Assembly (NCBI GenBank): GCA_964576505.1
Contig: CAZNVD010000004.1
Span: forward strand, 29,225 to 71,614
Source: an uncultured Methanosarcinales archaeon
GTDB taxonomy: Archaea; Nanobdellota; Nanobdellia; Woesearchaeales; WJKV01
Direction of reading: 5' to 3'
DNA length: 42,390 nt
The notes under the pieces were generated by a model. That model saw nothing but the letters and a program-made list of their open reading frames with translations, was not told the origin of the DNA and ran no database searches. The stretch's first letter is position 1. Each line of letters starts with the position of its first letter. The position numbers were made by a program, and so were the translations under genes. Positions 35,761 to 42,390 of this stretch are shown here, piece after piece.

Positions 35761-37083
35761 ATGAAGCGCGTTTATTTTGAAACACAGGGATGCAGCACGA
35801 ATTTTTCTGAAAGTGAGATGATGGCTGGTTTACTTGCCAGAGATGGGTATGAAACTAGTCTACAAGCAGAAGATGCTGACCTTATTGTTGTTAATGTGTG
35901 CACAGTTAAGGGGACTAAGACTGCTGCTAAAGAGATTAAGAAACAATACAAGTTCGCTGTTGATCATGGAAAGAAGCTTGTTGTTTCTGGTTGCATTCCA
36001 AGGCTTGCTTTTCCGCAGTTTAAGAAAATAGCGCCAGAGGCGTCGTTTGTTTCAACACACAATATTACAAAGATTGGATCGGCTGCACAAGCTGTTTTTT
36101 CAGGAGAGCAGGTTGCATATATAGATCGGGCTCATGAAGATAAATCAGCCAATCCACGGGTTCGATTGAATCCACATGTTTCAATTCTTCAGATCAATAA
36201 TTCTTGTAGTGGGGCATGCACATTCTGTTCTACTGTGCTGATTAAAGGAAAACTGAAGAGTTATGATGAAGTTAATTTATTGCATCAATTCAGCAGTGCG
36301 GTGAAGGAAGGAGTGGGGGAGTTCTGGCTGACTTCAATGGATACTGCAAGTTATGGGATTGATGAAACTGGAGAATCTAAGCTGCCACAGCTTGTTAAAA
36401 AAATCTGTGAGATTGGCGGAGATTTTAGAATGCGAGTTGGAATGCTGAATCCAGATACAATTGCACCAGTTGTGGATGAAATGATAAGTGCAATGAAATC
36501 TGAAAAGGTGTATAAGTTTCTTCATATTCCAATTCAAGCGGGAAATAATAGAATATTGAAACTTATGAACAGGAAATATACAAGAGAAGAATATTTTGAG
36601 ATTGTGAAACGATTTAGAGAAGAGATTCCAGATATTGTGATTGCAACAGACATAATTTGCGGATTTCCAGGAGAAACCAGGGAGGAGTTCATGGAAAGCT
36701 GTGATGCTGTTGAAAAATTGAATATTGATGTTGTAAATATTTCACGATTCCAGGGCAGAGAAGGAACGGCTGCTTCAGTAATGGATGGACAGATTGATGG
36801 CGGTGAATTGAAGAAGCGGTCGAGAGTATTAAGTTCACTGTTCCGAAAAGTTAGTTTGCAACAAAATAAAAAAATGGCTGGATGGAAAGGATGGTGCTAT
36901 GTTGCTGAGAAAAGGAAAGATTATATTGCAAGAACTTCTAATTACAAACAAGTTGTTATTGAGAGTGATCAAGACATTCTTGGAAAATGGGTTTATGTTG
37001 AGGTAAAAACTGCTACACAATTTGTTTTGCAGGGAGAAATTCTTGAAACAAAAGAAGCAGAGTTGCACGGGATCAGTCGATAG
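35761..37083 (+). CDS. Radical SAM tRNA methylthiotransferase (MtaB/e-MtaB type) with TRAM domain
   Basis: ETQGCSTN, VNVCTVK, VSGC, CSGACTFC, RVGMLNP, FLHIPIQAG, TDIICGFPGET. Confidence 0.92.
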   Translation: MKRVYFETQGCSTNFSESEMMAGLLARDGYETSLQAEDADLIVVNVCTVKGTKTAAKEIKKQYKFAVDHGKKLVVSGCIPRLAFPQFKKIAPEASFVSTHNITKIGSAAQAVFSGEQVAYIDRAHEDKSANPRVRLNPHVSILQINNSCSGACTFCSTVLIKGKLKSYDEVNLLHQFSSAVKEGVGEFWLTSMDTASYGIDETGESKLPQLVKKICEIGGDFRMRVGMLNPDTIAPVVDEMISAMKSEKVYKFLHIPIQAGNNRILKLMNRKYTREEYFEIVKRFREEIPDIVIATDIICGFPGETREEFMESCDAVEKLNIDVVNISRFQGREGTAASVMDGQIDGGELKKRSRVLSSLFRKVSLQQNKKMAGWKGWCYVAEKRKDYIARTSNYKQVVIESDQDILGKWVYVEVKTATQFVLQGEILETKEAELHGISR

Positions 37084-39037
37084 GTACATCTGTTCCTAAG
37101 CCAAAGGCTTCTTTGTCTGTTACAGTTCCAGGCAGTAAATAATCTGGAGGACGGATTGCAGTTCCCATGTATGCGCGGTTGAGTTGGTTCCAGTAAACAG
37201 GACCAGAATCTGAGTGATAAATTGTTTTTCCTCCTTCTCCACCTTGTGACCAGGATTCTAAAAGTTGTCGTTCAGGACCTTCAAGCCATCCTTCTGATGT
37301 CATTGGGACATCAATTCCTTTTTCTCTTAGTGCTAATAATGCGTCTGAGATTAAATGCTGGCCCTGACCCATTGGAAGGTGGACGTGAGCCCGGCCCATG
37401 CCATCTACTATATGCAAGTTACCTATGTAGTCACCTTTTGCAGCTAAAGTATTGACCTGTTCTAAATACCATTTATCGAATTGATGCTTTCTTGCTCCTT
37501 CGTAGTCTCCTTGTTTGAGCAATTTCTTTTCATCGTCATCTAAATTCTCTTTGTCTAATACGAAATGTTTCTGCCACATTCCTAAATGCTGGAAGTCTAA
37601 GGTTGTTTTGATATGCTTTTTTGCGATTTCAAGAGCCTTCTTTTTTCCTTCTTCTCCCGCAAATGATTTATCGTAATATGGATTTCTTATTTTGCCTTCC
37701 TGAGCTCCAGTTGGATCTGGAATTTCTTTTTCACTCAAACGATCCACGAATGCCTGTCTTGCTTTATCTAGAATGTCCATGACATCTTCAACTTTGCCAC
37801 CATACATGTTTGCGGCTAAATTTTCTGCGGTGATTGTGAGAGGACGATCAAGTTTATGAGCCTGGGTTTGCTGCATTGCGTAAATGCCTAATTTTGCAAG
37901 ATTGTCTGCAGAACGGGTGAGAGCGACTTCTGAAATTGGGACGATGTTATCCATCGCTTCTTCTGTGTCCTTTTTTTTCTTGAGCTGGGCAGCGATTGCA
38001 AGATTTTCTGCGGCCATTCTATCCTGATACATTTTTCTTGCATTTTCCATTTTATTGAATGCTCTGTCAATTTCATCTTGATTTGGAGCTGGTTCCCTTG
38101 AGCGTACCCTTTCTGCAGTAATTTCTGCGGCAACATTGTCTTTTGTTTTATCTTTTAATTCGTTGTATCCACTTTTGTATTCATCCCTGCGGCCTATGTG
38201 TTGCTCAATTTCTGCATTAAGATCTTCAATACCGCTCTTAAAATAATCTTTAAAGAGAGCCCGGGCAATTATGTCGCCGGTCAAGGGTTTGTTTGCTTGC
38301 AGTTCTTCTTCAAAATATTTATTTTTGAATGCATCAGGGTTTCTATCAAATTCAGTCTTGTAATTGTACCAGGTAACTTCTTCAATTATTGGAATGCCGT
38401 TATCATCAAGCTTAATTTCGCCTTGATGTCCTTCATCATCCCTTCGAGCGACACGTTTTACTTTATAGTCCCGGGGAAGCTGCTGGACTTTACCTGATTT
38501 TTTGTCAGCGAAATATGCAGCCTGGCCGTATGCGGAACCTTCGTAATCTTCGAAACCTTTAATTTGATCTACAGGACGAGGAAATTCTCCAAGGTGGACG
38601 ACGACTGAGCCACCATGGGTAACATCGGCTGCAAAATCGATTGCAGATTTAATTTCATCTACTGTTCCAGCAGCTTGCTCTTCATTAAATTGTCCTTGTC
38701 TGGCGTCCCAACCTGAGAATCCAGTTAAATAAGAAGGGGCGTGAACAGACTGAATGTCAACTTCATTGACTTCAGCCATTCGTTTAATTTCATCTCTTAC
38801 TTCTTTACCGTGAGTTTCAGCACCACTGTCTGCAGCATTTCTTCCACCAAGCTGAATCTCCATGCTTTTGGCACCAAGCTTCATCTTCTGGTCCATGACC
38901 TGCTTGATTTTTCCTTCTATTTCTGCAACGCCTACACCAATATCCTTGCGAAACATCTTGTTTTTTTCAGTATGTCTCAGAGGACCCCAACTGTAATCCA
39001 TTGCAGTCGGGTAATCTCCCCACATTTGGTCTGCCAT
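37073..39037 (-). CDS. Xylose isomerase/AP endonuclease 2-like TIM-barrel protein with large helical insertion
   Basis: SVHAP, AIDFAADV..GGSVVVHLGE, ITAEN, TLDFQH, NLHIVD, HVHLPMGQG, TSEG. Confidence 0.75.
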   Translation of the reverse strand: MADQMWGDYPTAMDYSWGPLRHTEKNKMFRKDIGVGVAEIEGKIKQVMDQKMKLGAKSMEIQLGGRNAADSGAETHGKEVRDEIKRMAEVNEVDIQSVHAPSYLTGFSGWDARQGQFNEEQAAGTVDEIKSAIDFAADVTHGGSVVVHLGEFPRPVDQIKGFEDYEGSAYGQAAYFADKKSGKVQQLPRDYKVKRVARRDDEGHQGEIKLDDNGIPIIEEVTWYNYKTEFDRNPDAFKNKYFEEELQANKPLTGDIIARALFKDYFKSGIEDLNAEIEQHIGRRDEYKSGYNELKDKTKDNVAAEITAERVRSREPAPNQDEIDRAFNKMENARKMYQDRMAAENLAIAAQLKKKKDTEEAMDNIVPISEVALTRSADNLAKLGIYAMQQTQAHKLDRPLTITAENLAANMYGGKVEDVMDILDKARQAFVDRLSEKEIPDPTGAQEGKIRNPYYDKSFAGEEGKKKALEIAKKHIKTTLDFQHLGMWQKHFVLDKENLDDDEKKLLKQGDYEGARKHQFDKWYLEQVNTLAAKGDYIGNLHIVDGMGRAHVHLPMGQGQHLISDALLALREKGIDVPMTSEGWLEGPERQLLESWSQGGEGGKTIYHSDSGPVYWNQLNRAYMGTAIRPPDYLLPGTVTDKEAFGLGTDVPID

Positions 39038-39165
39038 TTTGGTTTTTGATAGTTGTTTGAATTTAGTAATTTGAGTTTTGGGTTATTTGTATTTAGTTTG
39101 AAGTATTTAGTTTGAATTTTTGTTTTTAGTTATTGGTGTTTAGTTATTAGTTTGAGTATTAGTTA
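39038..39165. repeat. Low-complexity degenerate short tandem repeats (TAGTTTGA/TATTTAG)
   Basis: About 130 nt with no C on the + strand; TATTTAGTTTGA occurs twice. Confidence 0.6.
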
Positions 39166-39840
39166 ATGAATTGTATAGTCTCTTTGCTCTTTATCTTTTT
39201 TTGCACTTAATTTATCTTTTGTTAAACTATCGTATAATTCCTCGCCTTTTGTTTTTGGTCTGGAATCATACTGATGCTGAGGAAGGTTTCCTTCCAGACC
39301 TTTGTTAGCATCATACTTGTTATCGGAATTTGATGGTTTAGCCAGGTAGTCTTGAGGCTTTTGATATAGTGAGCCGTTGTCATCCTGCTTTTTTTGATAT
39401 TGATCATAATTCGCTTTGAATTTATATAGATTATCGTTGCCTGGTTGAGGGGCTGCAATTTGAGCTGGAGCATCTTCCTTTTTTTCTGTTAATTGTTCTA
39501 CCAGATTTGTGATAGATTTGGAGTCATCAGATTCCTTTTCAGATTCATTCTTTTCAGGTTTACCATCTTTTTCTTCTTTTTTCTGCGACTGTAAAGGTTG
39601 CAATGATTGAATCATTTCTGCAAGCTTGCTGTCGTTTGGCACAGGAGTTTTTGCAGACGGACTGGTGAGAAGAACCTTAATTTTGCTTAAGGCTTCTTCC
39701 AGAATCTTAAGGTTAGCAAGATCTTTTTCGCTCCATACATCCCGCTTTTTTTCATGCTCAATCTTGGTTTCTAAAAGCGAGGCTAGCTTAGTTAAAGCCA
39801 AATTCTTAGTTTTTGGAGTTTTCTCCTCAAGTGAAGCCAT
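39163..39840 (-). CDS. Hypothetical hydrophilic low-complexity protein
   Basis: 225-aa ATG ORF, K/E/D/Q-rich, co-oriented with the TIM-barrel gene. Confidence 0.7.
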   Translation of the reverse strand: MASLEEKTPKTKNLALTKLASLLETKIEHEKKRDVWSEKDLANLKILEEALSKIKVLLTSPSAKTPVPNDSKLAEMIQSLQPLQSQKKEEKDGKPEKNESEKESDDSKSITNLVEQLTEKKEDAPAQIAAPQPGNDNLYKFKANYDQYQKKQDDNGSLYQKPQDYLAKPSNSDNKYDANKGLEGNLPQHQYDSRPKTKGEELYDSLTKDKLSAKKDKEQRDYTIH

Positions 39841-39912
39841 TTATAAATTTCAAGAATCTACTATTTAAATTGTTTATGCTGAAAATAGTGTACAAACAAA
39901 TCTAAAAATACA

Positions 39913-40017
39913 AATAGTAGCAGGGTTGCGGCATGACGGACATTTTGCGTGCAAAATGTCCTACGCGTGACCCCGTAGGGGGCATCCCCCCACGCGTCAT
40001 GCGCAACATATACTATT
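39913..40017. repeat. Branched palindromic element, family A copy 2
   Basis: GTTGCG(G)CATGAC / GTCATGCGCAAC arms, side hairpin GGACATTTTGC-gt-GCAAAATGTCC + TAC, same 22-mer apex as 3648-3669. Confidence 0.8.
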
Positions 40018-40077
40018 CTCGCCAGCCTCCACGATCACAAACATTTAAAAACAATTTGTGCCTTTCACGGGGTAGTT

Positions 40078-42198
40078 ATGGCGAAAAAAAAGGGGCAAGT
40101 GAGTGTTTATGTAGTCGTCGGATTATTACTTCTTATCGCAAGTATAATTCTTTTTACTGTCAGACGTGAGGGAGATGTTCCAACAGCTGAAGAAGAACTT
40201 CAAAGAGTGCCATCTCAATTCCATCCAATTTTTCTTTTTGTAGATGATTGTGTGCAAAGGGTAAGTCGTGAAGGATTAGAGCTTTTAGGAAGGCAGGCGG
40301 GTTATATTAGTGTTACAGATAAAGAATTGGCTGGCAGAGAATTCAAATTTGGGGGAGAACCAACTGAAAGTGATGGGGTAGTGCTTGGGGAAAATGTTGC
40401 GGTTCCGTACTGGCATATGCTTAAGAGCAGAAATACATGCAGAGAATGTAGTTTTGAACAGAGAGTGCCAACATCTGACCAAATTCGACAAGGATTGCAG
40501 ACATATATTCAAAAAGAACTTCCAGTATGCATAGATAATTTTAATCAATTCAAAACTCAAGGATATTCTTTTGAAGTTACAGGAGAGCCGAAGGCAACAG
40601 TACTTGTGCGGGCTGAAGATGTAGTGGTGAGAGTTGATTATTCATTTGATGCGACAATTGGTGAGGAGAAGTTTTCATTCCTGTCTTTCGGGGCTATGCA
40701 TGATGTCAGTCTATCAAGAGTTATTGATTTTGGTAAGCTTGTGCTTAAGCAGCAGGTTGATAATGCGTTCCTTGAATATAATACTATGAGCTTTGTTTCT
40801 GCATACGGAGCGGTTAAACAAGACAAATTGCCACCGATTGCTGCTGAGACAGTAGGGCCACAAAAGGTGTATTGGACGGTGCCACAGGTTAGAAATAGAA
40901 TTCAAGAGATACTTCTTACTTATATTCCTGCAATAAGTGTGATGGGAACTAATAATTTCTTTCCATTTGTTGTTGATGCGGATGCTGGACTTGGAGGACA
41001 GCTGAGGCAAGGAATGTATAATTCGCTTGTGTTTAATTTGGGGGAAGATAAATTAGTCAAATATGATGATTTGGATGTTTCATTTGCTTATCTTGACTGG
41101 CCTATTTACTTTGATATTACTCCAAGGGATGGTCAAATTGTGAGACCTGAGGAATTGCAGCAGAATTTCCCATCAGTGTTCAATCTTTTTGCCCAGTCAT
41201 ATAATTTCTATTATGATATTTCTTATCCTGTACTTGTCGAGATCAGACAGCAAGATGCATTTAATGGTGAAGGATATAGTTTCTGGTATGCGCTTGAATC
41301 TAATGTTAGAAATAATAAACCTTTGAAGACGAGTATTGATGAAATTGGTGAATTTAATCAAGGCGGTGCATCGTTATTTGGAAGTGAGGTGCAAAGAATA
41401 AGTGCGCCGGTAACTGCTACTGCTTATAATGATTTATTACAGCCGGTTTCTGAGGCTCATGTCTATTACGATTGCGGAGATGATTCTGCTTATATTGGCG
41501 AGACTGGTGCAGATGGAGTGCTGACTGCTCAATATCCTTTGTGCAGAGGTGGATTTGTTGTATTTTCAAAGGATGAATATGCTGGAGATAGAAAACCACT
41601 TGATACTACACAAAGTAAAGCTGAATCTGTTTATGGGGTGCTGAGGGAACTTCACAGGAAAAATGTGAGCCTATACATTAGAGATGAACTTACTTTGTCT
41701 CGGGTTAAAGCAGGACTTGAAAGTGAAGGCGGGCTTGCGAGCCAGACAAAACTCATTTCTGGAGAGGATAGCGCATATATTACGTTGAATCAAATTGGAC
41801 AGGATGGTCAGATTATTCATACGCAAGTGGCTGCTTTTGATGGGAATCAACCGATTGCTGAAATTTCGGTTGCACCGGGAGTATATGAAGTGTCTGGACA
41901 GTTTGTTTCTTCTGCGGGAATATATATTCCTGCAAGAAAAGTAACAGTTGGAAAACAAAGTGTTGAATTGCCAGAGATTGAAGTTAAGCCTGCGACACTA
42001 GGTGGAGTGGTGCTTTCAAGGCAAACTCAGATGTGGACAGCAGATAGAGTGTTTATTGAAGATCCTGCAAAGCAATTAGATATTTTCATGATTCGTGCGA
42101 CTCCTCCGAAGAGTCATGAGCAACTTGGGGCGGCGCTGGATAGTGCTCTTATATTGTCAAAGAATTATACTAAATACATTATACCTAGATGGAGATAA
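40078..42198 (+). CDS. Large surface protein with class III (pilin-like) signal peptide
   Basis: MAKKKGQ-VSVYVVVGLLLLIASIILF, FVDDC......GL..LG.QAGY. Confidence 0.8.
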   Translation: MAKKKGQVSVYVVVGLLLLIASIILFTVRREGDVPTAEEELQRVPSQFHPIFLFVDDCVQRVSREGLELLGRQAGYISVTDKELAGREFKFGGEPTESDGVVLGENVAVPYWHMLKSRNTCRECSFEQRVPTSDQIRQGLQTYIQKELPVCIDNFNQFKTQGYSFEVTGEPKATVLVRAEDVVVRVDYSFDATIGEEKFSFLSFGAMHDVSLSRVIDFGKLVLKQQVDNAFLEYNTMSFVSAYGAVKQDKLPPIAAETVGPQKVYWTVPQVRNRIQEILLTYIPAISVMGTNNFFPFVVDADAGLGGQLRQGMYNSLVFNLGEDKLVKYDDLDVSFAYLDWPIYFDITPRDGQIVRPEELQQNFPSVFNLFAQSYNFYYDISYPVLVEIRQQDAFNGEGYSFWYALESNVRNNKPLKTSIDEIGEFNQGGASLFGSEVQRISAPVTATAYNDLLQPVSEAHVYYDCGDDSAYIGETGADGVLTAQYPLCRGGFVVFSKDEYAGDRKPLDTTQSKAESVYGVLRELHRKNVSLYIRDELTLSRVKAGLESEGGLASQTKLISGEDSAYITLNQIGQDGQIIHTQVAAFDGNQPIAEISVAPGVYEVSGQFVSSAGIYIPARKVTVGKQSVELPEIEVKPATLGGVVLSRQTQMWTADRVFIEDPAKQLDIFMIRATPPKSHEQLGAALDSALILSKNYTKYIIPRWR

Positions 42199-42207
42199 AA
42201 TAAAAAG

Positions 42208-42390
42208 ATGAATGTAAATACATCAAAACTGAAAAGTAATGCGTTGATAATGATTTATCTAGTTTTGAGTTTGTCATTTTTTGCAACACCAGCGATTGCG
42301 ACAAGATCTTCTGAATTTGCAGGAATTATTAAGAGCATCCAGGTTTATGATTCATTAGAAATACACCAGGTTGCAAGACTAAATAGTCAG
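42208..42390 (+). CDS. Secreted protein, 3'-partial
   Basis: MNVNTSKLKSNALIMIYLVLSLSFFATPAIA signal peptide; frame is open to the window end. Confidence 0.65.
   Translation, partial: MNVNTSKLKSNALIMIYLVLSLSFFATPAIATRSSEFAGIIKSIQVYDSLEIHQVARLNSQ

Noticed and set aside
39933-40169. 78-aa ORF, and 3423..3623 likewise
   Set aside because: They run through palindromic family A elements and overlap real genes out of frame or antisense

Overview
This is an AT-rich archaeal chromosome segment, most likely from a DPANN (Woesearchaeota-like) archaeon. That inference rests on a fused PriS-PriL primase, herA-mre11, a type II Met aminopeptidase, TtuA plus a ubiquitin-like carrier, KKGQ/KRGQ class III signal peptides and TATA-type promoters. 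Housekeeping genes (gatB, bacterial-type aspS, hisS, map, pyrD, tRNA modification enzymes) flank an accessory zone at about 7-22.4 kb. That zone is rich in toxin-antitoxin genes and also holds a Ser/Thr kinase-TPR gene, Bro-N and DinD. The non-coding DNA is the most unusual part, with four signals. (1) A 13-bp palindrome TRGAMT-N-RGTCYA lies about 24 bp before the TATA box of seven accessory promoters, and 53-55 bp before the ATG in six of them. (2) A three-unit tandem array repeats the 5' end and promoter of a secreted-protein gene, each time followed by a different cargo gene. (3) Two dispersed GC-rich branched hairpins share a fold with compensatory changes and GTAG+palindrome (REP-like) units. 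(4) A second family of double-hairpin inserts is present, and one copy splits a hicB gene between 8-bp direct repeats. I found no rRNA, tRNA, CRISPR array, integrase or transposase. All calls come from reading motifs by eye; no database searches were run.
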